From Alphaproteobacteria bacterium (GTDB taxonomy: Bacteria > Pseudomonadota > Alphaproteobacteria > UBA828), in assembly GCA_963422645.2 (NCBI GenBank), contig CAXXVO010000008.1, forward strand, positions 96,001 to 160,000: a DNA stretch of 64,000 nucleotides. The letters run 5' to 3'. Both the position numbers and the translations under genes were made by a program. Positions 51,777-60,329 of this stretch are shown here, in pieces. The stretch's first letter is position 1. Each line of letters begins with the position of its first letter. The notes under the pieces were generated by a model that saw only the letters and a list, made by a program, of their open reading frames with translations, was not told where the DNA came from and did no database searches.

Positions 51777-52652
51777 TTATAGCTCACCTGCGGTCCGCGG
51801 CCGGGCGACAGCCAGAAGATCGTAGCCAAGTGTCGTCGGCGCGAACCGACAGGCCAGAGCGTCGAGCCAACCGAGCGGCCGGGAACTGACGACCCTTCTC
51901 TCGGACAGCAGGCTCTCGGCCCCGACGCTCGCGACCCGGAATCCAGCTTCCGAAAGGTCGCGGTGCACCTCTTCGAGCGTGTAGAGGTGGTAGAAGAGGC
52001 GGATCTCCCCGTCGGCTTGGTTGCGCTTGTAGAGGACGTCGCCGGGCTCGAGTTTGCCCTCGCGCACCAGAGGCGCCGCATCGCGCTGTTCCTCCCGGAA
52101 CCGCCGCTTCGCATTCGGCACGCTGAGGATGAGGGTGCCGTCCGTCTTCAACATGGTGCGGATGGCCCGCAGCAGGCGCAGGCGCTCTGCGCGCCTGGCA
52201 ACGTGTGCCAGGACCCCGAAGGCCAGCAGCGCGAGGTCGAAGACCTGCGGCAGCTCGGCAGCCAGGTCGTCGGGGTCGTCTCCTCGAATGACCAGCCGTT
52301 CGTCGCTCACGAAGTTCCGCAGGCGCTGCGCCAGCGTCTCGCGGGCGACCGGGCAGATATCGTGGGCCACGCAGCGCGTCCCGCTCATTTGCAGGAGCGG
52401 CAGGGAGTAGCGCCCGGTACCGGCGCCCACGTCGAGAAAGCGCCCGCCGGCAGGCAGGCTTCGTTTCATCTTCCGCAGCGTGCGCTGGTTCGGGCGCGGG
52501 TAACGCCGGTCGTAGAGGCCCGAGGAGATATAGCGGCCGTAGCTGCCGGACATGTCCGGCAGTTCCGGCCCCTGCGGTTGAGCCGATGGTGTCGCGTCGG
52601 CCGCAGTCTGCACGGCAGCTTTGGTGGCCACCGCATTCCTTCCATCAAACAT
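51777..52652 (-). CDS. Class I SAM-dependent methyltransferase
   Basis: FLDVGAGTGRY, HDI, FDLAL..FGVL.H, LKTDG.LILSVP; start codon uncertain. Confidence 0.85.
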   Translation of the reverse strand: MFDGRNAVATKAAVQTAADATPSAQPQGPELPDMSGSYGRYISSGLYDRRYPRPNQRTLRKMKRSLPAGGRFLDVGAGTGRYSLPLLQMSGTRCVAHDICPVARETLAQRLRNFVSDERLVIRGDDPDDLAAELPQVFDLALLAFGVLAHVARRAERLRLLRAIRTMLKTDGTLILSVPNAKRRFREEQRDAAPLVREGKLEPGDVLYKRNQADGEIRLFYHLYTLEEVHRDLSEAGFRVASVGAESLLSERRVVSSRPLGWLDALACRFAPTTLGYDLLAVARPRTAGEL

Positions 52653-52754
52653 CCTGCGTCCTCGGACAGGATGTACCCAATATCGTGAAACCTATGCTGC
52701 CAGCCTATGGGAGCAGCCGTCAAATTCGCGTGTTAGCGGCGATTCCCGTTCGGG

Positions 52755-53009
52755 TCATGCCAGCCGGTCCTCGGGCTCCGGCGGCTGGCCGCCATGCCGG
52801 CGCAGCAGGCGGCGCGCCGCCTCGATGTCGGCGTCGGCTTTTCGTGCGGCGAAGAACTCGGCGGTCTTCATGGCTGAAACCTTCTCGGCGACAGCGGTCG
52901 CCACGAACTGGTTGAAGCTTGTGCCATCTTCCCTGGCAATGTGCGCGGCAGCCTCCTTTAGGGACTTGGGCAGCCGCAGCGGATAGGTGCTGGTCTCCTT
53001 CTTCACCAT
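52755..53009 (-). CDS. Ribbon-helix-helix antitoxin
   Basis: TYPLRLPKSL....AREDGTSFNQFV..AVAEK; start overlaps the toxin stop. Confidence 0.85.
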   Translation of the reverse strand: MVKKETSTYPLRLPKSLKEAAAHIAREDGTSFNQFVATAVAEKVSAMKTAEFFAARKADADIEAARRLLRRHGGQPPEPEDRLA

Positions 53010-53428
53010 GACAAGCCCCTCAAGGCCTCCCGGGGCGACTGCAGCGCCACCCCGAATTGCACCGGCGCGTTCCCAAAATCCCGCCGGTTGAACGTCACCA
53101 GAGCGTCGGCTCTGCCGTTCACCGCAGTCTCGAACACCATCTCGTCGGCTGCATCGCGAAGCTGGGGGCGCCAGAGATACCGCGCTTCGACCGGCTCGCA
53201 CACAGCACAGAGCGCCGAGACGACGGTCGACACCTCCTCTTCGCTCAATCCCGACACGATCCGCTGCGCAGGTTCGCGGCAGACCGCTTCGTATTCCAAC
53301 GCCAGAGCCACGGACAGCAAGAGCGTGAACCTCTCACTCAAAGCATGGCCGATCAGCGCTGCGGAGGCGCCGCTCGGGCTGCGCAGGCCGGCGACCACGA
53401 CGTTGGTGTCCAACACATATCTCATCAT
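53003..53428 (-). CDS. PIN-domain (VapC-like) toxin
   Basis: VLDTNVVV, EYE, RDAADE, LVTFNRRDF. Confidence 0.9.
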   Translation of the reverse strand: MMRYVLDTNVVVAGLRSPSGASAALIGHALSERFTLLLSVALALEYEAVCREPAQRIVSGLSEEEVSTVVSALCAVCEPVEARYLWRPQLRDAADEMVFETAVNGRADALVTFNRRDFGNAPVQFGVALQSPREALRGLSW

Positions 53429-53457
53429 GTATGATATGATACTACATACGATGTCAA
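53428..53457 (-). promoter_or_regulatory. TA promoter/operator
   Basis: Minus strand TTGACA-N15-TATCAT 2 nt before ATG; GTATG...CATAC inverted repeat overlaps it. Confidence 0.55.
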
Positions 53458-53569
53458 CTGCGAATCTGGGAGCGCTTCACCCGCTGGTCCTGGCCCGCAG
53501 CGTTCTGCCCGCCCGGACCCGGGTCCAGTACGTCCGCACGCCGGTCTTCATCGCCGCGCCCCGGCGACG

Positions 53570-54229
53570 CTAGCCCGCCTCGGCGCTGCTGCGCAGCATC
53601 GCGAGTGCCATGCCGACCGCGGCCTGCGAGGGATCGATGACGGGGCAGCCGAGGTGCGCTTCCAGTGACGCGCGGTAGCGCGCCATGCCGGCGCAGCCGA
53701 GCACGATCACGTCCGCGCCGTCCTCGTCGCGGAGCCGTTCCGCCGTCTCGGTCATGCGCGAGGCGACGACCTCCTCCTGCGCGAGCGCGGTGACCCCGAG
53801 GCCGATGGCGCGCTCGCCCGCCATGCGCGCACTCAGGCCGAGCGAGGCGACGTAGCACCGATGTCGCGGGATCGAGCCCTCCAGGATCGCGACGATGCCG
53901 AAGCGCTCGCCGCGCGCGAGCGCCGCCAGAATGCCGCATTGCGCGATGCCGAAGACCGGCGTGCGCGTCGCCTCCCGCGCGGCATGGAGGCCTGGGTCGG
54001 AAAAGCAGGCGATGACGAAGGCGTCCGCACTTTCCCGCTCGATGGTGCGGCAGAGCGGCGCCACCACCTCGTCCACATGGCGCTGGGTCTCGATGCCGGG
54101 CGGGCCTTCGGCGAGCGTCATGCAGTCGATGGCGGCGCCGCCCACGCGAAAACCGTCCAGGGCGCGGGCGATGTCGTCCGTCACCGTAGCGCTGCTGTTC
54201 GGGTTGATGACGAGGACGCGGGCGCTCAC
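53570..54229 (-). CDS. Asp/Glu/hydantoin racemase
   Basis: VINPNSS, ACFSDPG, LGCAGM (two catalytic Cys); GTGA overlap with the upstream gene. Confidence 0.9.
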   Translation of the reverse strand: MSARVLVINPNSSATVTDDIARALDGFRVGGAAIDCMTLAEGPPGIETQRHVDEVVAPLCRTIERESADAFVIACFSDPGLHAAREATRTPVFGIAQCGILAALARGERFGIVAILEGSIPRHRCYVASLGLSARMAGERAIGLGVTALAQEEVVASRMTETAERLRDEDGADVIVLGCAGMARYRASLEAHLGCPVIDPSQAAVGMALAMLRSSAEAG

Positions 54230-55170
54230 GGTGCCTTCCCGCGCGGCGGCACGAGGCCCGTGGTCTCGACGATGAGCCCGTAATGCTCGGTGCGCCTGTG
54301 AGCTGCGAAGTTGAAAGTGCTGGACTTGAGGAAGGCGCCGTCGTCGAGATCGCAGGCGGCGACGATGACCTCGTCGTCGACCGAGCGGGCCTGCGCCACG
54401 ATCTCGCCGTTGGGCGAGACGATGGCGCTGCCGCCCAGCATGTCCACGCCTTCCTCCCGGCCCGCCTTGGCAACGCCCACCACCCAGGCCCCGTTCTGAT
54501 AGGCGCCGGCCTGCATGGTGAGGTGATTGTGAAAGGCGCGCCGGTGCGGCGGCTCGAAGGCGAGGCCGTTGAGCGCCGGCGTGTTGTAGCCGATCAGAAC
54601 CAGCTCGACGCCCTGCAGGCCCAGCACGCGGAAGGCCTCGGGCCAGCGCCGGTCGTTGCAGATCAGCATGCCGATGCGGCCGCCGAGCGCTTCCCACACC
54701 GGGAAGCCGAGATTGCCCACCTCGAAGTAGCGCTTCTCCAGGTGCTGGAATTCGCGCTCGGGCTCGTGCTCGGCGTGGCCCGGCAGGTGAACCTTGCGGT
54801 ACTTGCCGATGATCGCGCCCATCTTGTCCACCAGGATGGCGGTATTGAAGCGGCGGGTCGCCCCGCCCTCCCGCACACGCTCGGCATAGCCGAGGTGGAA
54901 GGCGACGCCGAGGGAAGCGGCCTCCTCGAAGAGCGGCCGGGTCTCGGGGCCCGGCATCTCCGCCTCGAAGAACGCGTCCGCCTCGGTGTCGTCGAGCAGC
55001 CAGCGGGGGAAGAACGTGGTCAGCGCGAGCTCCGGATAGACCACGAGGTTGGCGCCCCGCCCCGCCGCTTCGCGCATCAGACGGGTCATGCGCGCAACCA
55101 CGCTAGCCCGCGGCTCGGCGCGGGCGATGGGCCCGAGCTGGGCGGCCGCGACGGTAACGATCCGGCTCAT
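54226..55170 (-). CDS. N-carbamoyl-D-amino acid amidohydrolase (D-carbamoylase)
   Basis: PELALTTFFPRW, YRKVHLPGH, QHLEKRYF, ICNDRRWPE, QAGAYQN. Confidence 0.93.
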   Translation of the reverse strand: MSRIVTVAAAQLGPIARAEPRASVVARMTRLMREAAGRGANLVVYPELALTTFFPRWLLDDTEADAFFEAEMPGPETRPLFEEAASLGVAFHLGYAERVREGGATRRFNTAILVDKMGAIIGKYRKVHLPGHAEHEPEREFQHLEKRYFEVGNLGFPVWEALGGRIGMLICNDRRWPEAFRVLGLQGVELVLIGYNTPALNGLAFEPPHRRAFHNHLTMQAGAYQNGAWVVGVAKAGREEGVDMLGGSAIVSPNGEIVAQARSVDDEVIVAACDLDDGAFLKSSTFNFAAHRRTEHYGLIVETTGLVPPRGKAP

Positions 55171-56657
55171 GTCTCTTCCCCCTTCGCCCACGGGGCGTCG
55201 TAGTCGCCGCTCTCGGGCGCAAAGCCGTGGACCCGTCGGCCCAGGGGATGCGCCGCCGCCGGCAGGTCGCAGCGCAGAAACTCGCCCCGGCCCGGCTCGC
55301 CCAGCACCGCGCCATCGTCCCACACAATCGCGCCGCGGGAGAGCGTGGTCACGGGCCAGCCGGTGACGACCCGGCCCTCGTAAGGCGTGTAGTCGAGATT
55401 GTCGTGCAGCATGTCCTTGGAGATTGTCACCCTGCGTTCGGGGTCCCAGATCGCGATGTCGGCGTCCCCGCCCACCGCGATGGAGCCCTTGCGCGGGTAG
55501 AGGCCGTAGAGCTTCGCCGGCCGGGTGCAGCAGAGGTCGACGAAGCGGTTGAGGCCGATGCGCCCGGTGCCGACGCCGGCCGAGAAGAGCATCGGCAGGC
55601 GGATTTCGAGCCCGGGCACGCCGTTCGCGATCCTGTTGAAGGGCGCGCCCTTGCCGTGCATCTGCTTGCCCTCCGGATCGTCGTAGCGATAGGGCGCGTG
55701 GTCGGAGGAGAAGACGTCGAACACACCGCTCTCCAGCCCGCGCCAGACGTACTCCTGGTTCGCCTTGTCGCGCGGCGGCGGGCTGCACACGTACTTGGCG
55801 CCCTCGAAGCCCTCGCGGTCGAGGTCGGCGGCGGTGAGGAAGAGGTATTGCGGGCAGGTCTCGGCGTAGAGCCGGAGCCCCCGAGCCTTGGCGGCGCGGA
55901 TTTCCTCCATCGCCGCGCGCGCCGAGACGTGCACGATCAGGATCGGCAGGTCGACGATCTCGGCGAGGGTGATCGCGCGGTGGGTGGCCTCGCGCTCGGC
56001 CTGCGCGGCATGGGCCACGGCGTGGAATTGCGGGGCCGAGCGGCCGGCACCGATCAGGCGCTCGGTGAGCCAGGCGATGACGTCGTGGTTCTCGGCATGG
56101 ACCATCACCATCGCGCCCTCGCGCCGCGCCGCCGCCAGCACGTCGAGGATCTGGCGGTCGTCGAGCTTGAGCGCGTCGTAGGTCATGTAGATCTTGAACG
56201 AGGTGTAGCCGTCCTTGATCAGCGCCGGCAGCTCCTGCCCCAGCACCTGCTCGGTCGGGTCCGAGACGATCAGGTGGAAGGCGTAGTCGATCACCGCCTT
56301 GCCGCGGGCGCGCGCGTGGTAATCCTCGACCACGGCGCGGAGCGACTGCCCCCGGTGCTGGGCTGCGAAGGGGATGATGCAGGTGGTGCCGCCGCAGGCC
56401 GCCGAGATGGAGCCGGAGCGGAAGTCGTCCGCCGTGGTGGCGCCCATCGAGGACGGCTGGTCGATATGGCAGTGACTGTCGACCCCGCCCGGAAGCACGA
56501 GTTTTCCGCCAGCGTCGATCTCGTCGGCGCCGGCACTCAGGCCCTCCGCCAGCGCGACGATGCGGCCATCGCGGATGCCGACGTCGCAAGCGACCGTGTC
56601 GGCCGCGGTGGCCACGGTGCCGCCCCGAATGACGAGATCGTACTCGGCCTGGGCCAT
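55167..56657 (-). CDS. hydA: Dihydropyrimidinase / D-hydantoinase
   Basis: PGGVDSHCH, SFKIYMTY, HAEN, HVS, ETCPQY, SDHAP. Confidence 0.93.
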   Translation of the reverse strand: MAQAEYDLVIRGGTVATAADTVACDVGIRDGRIVALAEGLSAGADEIDAGGKLVLPGGVDSHCHIDQPSSMGATTADDFRSGSISAACGGTTCIIPFAAQHRGQSLRAVVEDYHARARGKAVIDYAFHLIVSDPTEQVLGQELPALIKDGYTSFKIYMTYDALKLDDRQILDVLAAARREGAMVMVHAENHDVIAWLTERLIGAGRSAPQFHAVAHAAQAEREATHRAITLAEIVDLPILIVHVSARAAMEEIRAAKARGLRLYAETCPQYLFLTAADLDREGFEGAKYVCSPPPRDKANQEYVWRGLESGVFDVFSSDHAPYRYDDPEGKQMHGKGAPFNRIANGVPGLEIRLPMLFSAGVGTGRIGLNRFVDLCCTRPAKLYGLYPRKGSIAVGGDADIAIWDPERRVTISKDMLHDNLDYTPYEGRVVTGWPVTTLSRGAIVWDDGAVLGEPGRGEFLRCDLPAAAHPLGRRVHGFAPESGDYDAPWAKGEET

Positions 56658-56669
56658 CGCGTTTCCTCG

Positions 56670-57743
56670 CTAAAGGTTCGGCACGACTTCGTCGGCGAGC
56701 AGGCGCATGGAGCGCCGCCAGCGCGCCTCGTCGTCCCAGTCGTGCGCGGTCGCGATCAGGGTGCCGAAGTCGCCGACCTCCTCGCGAAAGGCCACGAGCT
56801 TCCCGGTCACGGTGCTGGGGCTGCCGGCCACCACCATCGAATCCAGCATGTATTCGGTGGTGATCGCCTCGTCCGGCATGGCGGGGTCATCCTTCAGCAG
56901 CGCGCCAAAGTCGGCATCCAGCAGCACCGTCCGCAGATAGTTGAAGTAAAAGGCGAGCGTGTTATCGGGGTCGGCCAGGTAGTCCTCGGCTTCCGTGTCG
57001 CTCTCGGTCACGAGGATGCTGCGGGCCGCGCGCCAGATCGCAGGGTCGGGCTTGCGCCCGGCCGCCGCGCAGCCTTCGGCATAGGCCTCCCAGTGGGTCT
57101 TCACGTGGCAGGCCGGGGTGAAGTTCGCCGAGATCGGGATCCATCCGTGGGCGCCCGCGGTGCGCGCGCTGCCCGAGCGCGGGCTCATGATCGAGACGGC
57201 GATGGGCGGGTGCGGCGTCTGGTAGGGCCGGGCCATGACACCGACGCCGAGATCGCTGCGGTAGGCGTCCTTGATCCGAAAGTCCCAGTAGCCGCCGGGA
57301 AACTCGTAGGGCGGCTCCTGCGACCAGATTTTCAGGATCGTCTCGATCGACTCCTGCATCATCCTGGGCCGGTCGGGCGGGTTGTTCAGCTTGAACATTT
57401 CGAAGTCGCCGGGCGAGCCGCCGGGCCCGATGCCGAAGATGAAGCGGCCTTGCGCGAGCTGATCGAACATCGCGGCATGAGCCGCGACGATCGCCGGATG
57501 CTGTTGCGGCAGGTTGATGACGCCGGTGCCGAACTTGATCTGCTTGGTGCGCTCGATCAGGGTCGCGAGGAAGATGAAGGGCGAGGTGATCTGCTCCGGC
57601 TTGTTGGAGTAGTGCTCACCGACATAGACCTCGCTGAAGCCCAGCTCGTCCGCGAGCACGATCGCCTCCTGGTCCTCGCGCAGCACCGTGAGGAAGGGCC
57701 GCTCGGGCCGGTGCAGCGGCATCATGAGCATGCCGAGTTCCAT
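56670..57743 (-). CDS. Luciferase-like flavin-dependent monooxygenase
   Basis: ADELGFSEVYVGEHY, IKFGTGV.NLP..HP, FDQLAQGRF..GIG.G, RPYQ.PHPP. Confidence 0.92.
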   Translation of the reverse strand: MELGMLMMPLHRPERPFLTVLREDQEAIVLADELGFSEVYVGEHYSNKPEQITSPFIFLATLIERTKQIKFGTGVINLPQQHPAIVAAHAAMFDQLAQGRFIFGIGPGGSPGDFEMFKLNNPPDRPRMMQESIETILKIWSQEPPYEFPGGYWDFRIKDAYRSDLGVGVMARPYQTPHPPIAVSIMSPRSGSARTAGAHGWIPISANFTPACHVKTHWEAYAEGCAAAGRKPDPAIWRAARSILVTESDTEAEDYLADPDNTLAFYFNYLRTVLLDADFGALLKDDPAMPDEAITTEYMLDSMVVAGSPSTVTGKLVAFREEVGDFGTLIATAHDWDDEARWRRSMRLLADEVVPNL

Positions 57744-57907
57744 GGCTCTGCCTCCGGAGGACGGGCTCCCTGCCCTCACTCCGCCACTCTAGCCCGGAAT
57801 TCTGGCCAGGGTCATGGTCCGCGCGACGGGCCGCCGCGGGCGCTGTGGCGTCCGGCGGCGAGGCGCCATAATGTCGGCACGCATCGGTTGCAGGGGAGGG
57901 AAAGACC

Positions 57908-58999
57908 ATGGCCCAGCGCAAGCCGCTCAAGACGCTCCGCATCGGAATGATCGGCGCGGGCTTCATCGCGCGCTTCCACCTCGAATCCTTCACGGGCGTG
58001 CGCAATTGCGCCATCACCGGGGTCTACAGCCCGACGAAGGAGAGCCGCGCCGCGCTCGCCAAGCGGGCCGACGAGCTCGGCCTCGGCCCCTGCACGGCTC
58101 ATTCGTCGCTCGACAAGCTGATCCGGGCCAAGGACGTGGACGCGCTCTGGATCCTCTCGCCCAACGACACCCGCGTCGCCACCATGCAGGCGATCCACAA
58201 GGCGGTGAAGGGCGGCAAGCGGCTGCGCGGCATCGCCTGCGAGAAGCCGCTCGCGCGCAACCTCGCCGAAGCCCGCGCAATGGTCTCGCTGGCGGAGGAC
58301 GCAAAGCTCGCCACTGGCTATCTGGAGAACCAGGTGTTTTCGACGGCGGTCGAGCGCGGCAAGGAGATCATCTGGCGCCGCGCCGTGCCGCTTACCGGCC
58401 GGCCCTATCTCGCGCGCGCAGCCGAAGAGCATTCCGGCCCGCACATGCCCTGGTTCTGGCAGGGCGAGAAGCAGCGCGGCGGCGTGCTCTCCGACATGAT
58501 GTGCCACTCGGTGGAGGTCGCGCGGCACCTGCTGACCGCGCCGGGCGAGGCCCGGGACACGCTCAAGGTGATCAGTGCGAACGCGACCGTCGCCAACCTC
58601 AAGTGGACCCGGCCCGCATACGTGCGGCGGCTGAAGCGGGAGATGGGGCGTGAGGTCGACTATGGCCGCAGGCCCGCCGAGGACTTCGCGCGCGGCACGC
58701 TGGTGCTGGAGGACCCGGACGGCAACGAGGCGATGATCGAGACTACTACGTCCTGGGCCTACGTCGGCGCGGGTCTCCGTATCCAGCTCGAGCTGCTGGG
58801 GCCCGAATACTCCATGGAGTTCTCCTCCCTCGGCACCGGGCTCAAGGTCTTCATCTCGCGCGCGGTGAAGGGCGCCGCCGGCGAGGATCTGGTCGAGAAG
58901 CAGAACGCCGAGCAGGGCCTGATGCCGGCGCTGGAGGACGAGGCGGGGGTTTACGGCTACACCAGCGAGCGCACCTTCGGTGCTAATGTACTGATATAG
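57908..58999 (+). CDS. Gfo/Idh/MocA oxidoreductase, probably 3'-truncated by the integrase element
   Basis: IGAGFIA, CEKPLARN, DMMCH; after ...GVYGYT the DNA turns AT-rich and a stop follows within a few codons. Confidence 0.8.
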   Translation: MAQRKPLKTLRIGMIGAGFIARFHLESFTGVRNCAITGVYSPTKESRAALAKRADELGLGPCTAHSSLDKLIRAKDVDALWILSPNDTRVATMQAIHKAVKGGKRLRGIACEKPLARNLAEARAMVSLAEDAKLATGYLENQVFSTAVERGKEIIWRRAVPLTGRPYLARAAEEHSGPHMPWFWQGEKQRGGVLSDMMCHSVEVARHLLTAPGEARDTLKVISANATVANLKWTRPAYVRRLKREMGREVDYGRRPAEDFARGTLVLEDPDGNEAMIETTTSWAYVGAGLRIQLELLGPEYSMEFSSLGTGLKVFISRAVKGAAGEDLVEKQNAEQGLMPALEDEAGVYGYTSERTFGANVLI

Positions 59000-59008
59000 G
59001 GTTGTTTT

Positions 59009-59082
59009 TTTCTCCTGATCTGGCCGGGAAGCACGGAATCAGTCCGTGTTTTTGCCCGGGTTGCAACAGAATGCAGGAGAAA
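59009..59082 (+). promoter_or_regulatory. Leader hairpin covering the integrase RBS
   Basis: TTTCTCCTG / CAGGAGAAA outer stem; CCGGG/CCCGG and AAGCACGGA/TCCGTGTTT inner stems; GTG at 59087. Confidence 0.55.
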
Positions 59083-59086
59083 GCCA

Positions 59087-60235
59087 GTGGCAACGCTTCG
59101 CCTCAACGATCGCCGGGTCGGCACACTCAAGCCCCGAAAGTCCGCTTACGACATTCGCGACCGCGAACTCAAGGGCTTCGGTGTCAGGATACTCCCCTCG
59201 GGCGCCAAGCGGTACTTTGTCCATAGTCAGCATCAGGGCCGACGGATCTGGAAGATCGTCGGCCGGGCCGGGTCCATCGGCACCGATGAAGCCCGCACCC
59301 AGGCCAAGACCCTGTTGGCCGCCATCCGCGAAGGAGCCGACGGACCGGTTGCGGCGCCGCCGGACACCGCGTTCGAGACCGTCGGCGGCGAAGTATTCCG
59401 TCGCTACGCCCGACACTGGAAACCGTCCACGCTCAAGGTCAACCTGATTTACTACCGGAACCAGATACTGCCCTGGTTTGAAGGCCGCCCAATTAGCGGC
59501 ATCACCCACCGCGACGTCCAGCGATGGTTTGCGTCCCTCCACGAGACTCCGGTCGCGGCCGACCGCTCGGCTCCTATCCTCTCGGTTATCATGCGCCAGG
59601 CCGAGGTCTACGGATACCGACCGGAAGGGACCAATCCCTGCGCCGGCATCAAACGCTATCGGCGTCAGGGTTGTGAGCGTTTCCTGTCCGAGCCGGAATT
59701 CCGCCGTTTGGGCGACGTGCTGGCGCGCCACGAGGCCAGCCGCCCGTGGGCCGTGGCAGTGATACGGCTGCTGCTGCTCACCGGATGCCGCAAGGGAGAG
59801 GTCGTCTCCCTGAAATGGTCCTACTACCGCGAAGGTAAGCTGTTCCTGCCCGATAGCAAGACCGGGCCGCGTACGGTCTGGCTCTCGTCCGCCGCACGCG
59901 CGATCCTCGACGGCTTGCCCCGCAGGTCGGTCTGGGTCTTCCCCTCGTCGCGGACGGACAGTTTCATGACCGCGGCAGCGGTCGATCCGGTTTGGTGTCG
60001 GCTGCGGGAGGAAGCGGATCTGTGCGATGTCCGCCTTCACGACTTGCGGCATTCTTCTGCGGGCTACCAGAAATATCCAGCGCCAATCAGCGTTCCAAAT
60101 GACAATAACCCACTGATAAAACGAAATTTCTTTCATTCAGTGCAGGCTGTCCGAATTCACTCCCAAGATTTGCGGAAGCAATCCGTAACCGGAGTTGGCT
60201 GTCTCGCCGTCACCTCCTGCCAGCCATGCCGGTAA
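59087..60235 (+). pseudogene. Tyrosine integrase with arm-binding domain, C-terminally disrupted near 60054
   Basis: RD.EL.GFGVR..PSG.K arm domain, TGCRKGE, DSKTG, LHDLRH; no LGH...T..Y segment afterwards. Confidence 0.8.
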
Positions 60236-60329
60236 GCGTTCCGGCGTAACCGTTCGGGTTCCGTAATCGTTCGTTCGGGCCGTGGAGACGCTATCTGCTT
60301 GATGCCTAGCTTTGGCGTGCCCTGGACGC

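Noticed and set aside
55227-57950. 907-aa plus-strand ORF and similar long antisense ORFs (8998-11064, 11656-13671, 34415-36382, 37860-39971, 40103-42010)
   Set aside because: Antisense shadows of well-supported genes in high-GC DNA, with no recognisable motifs.
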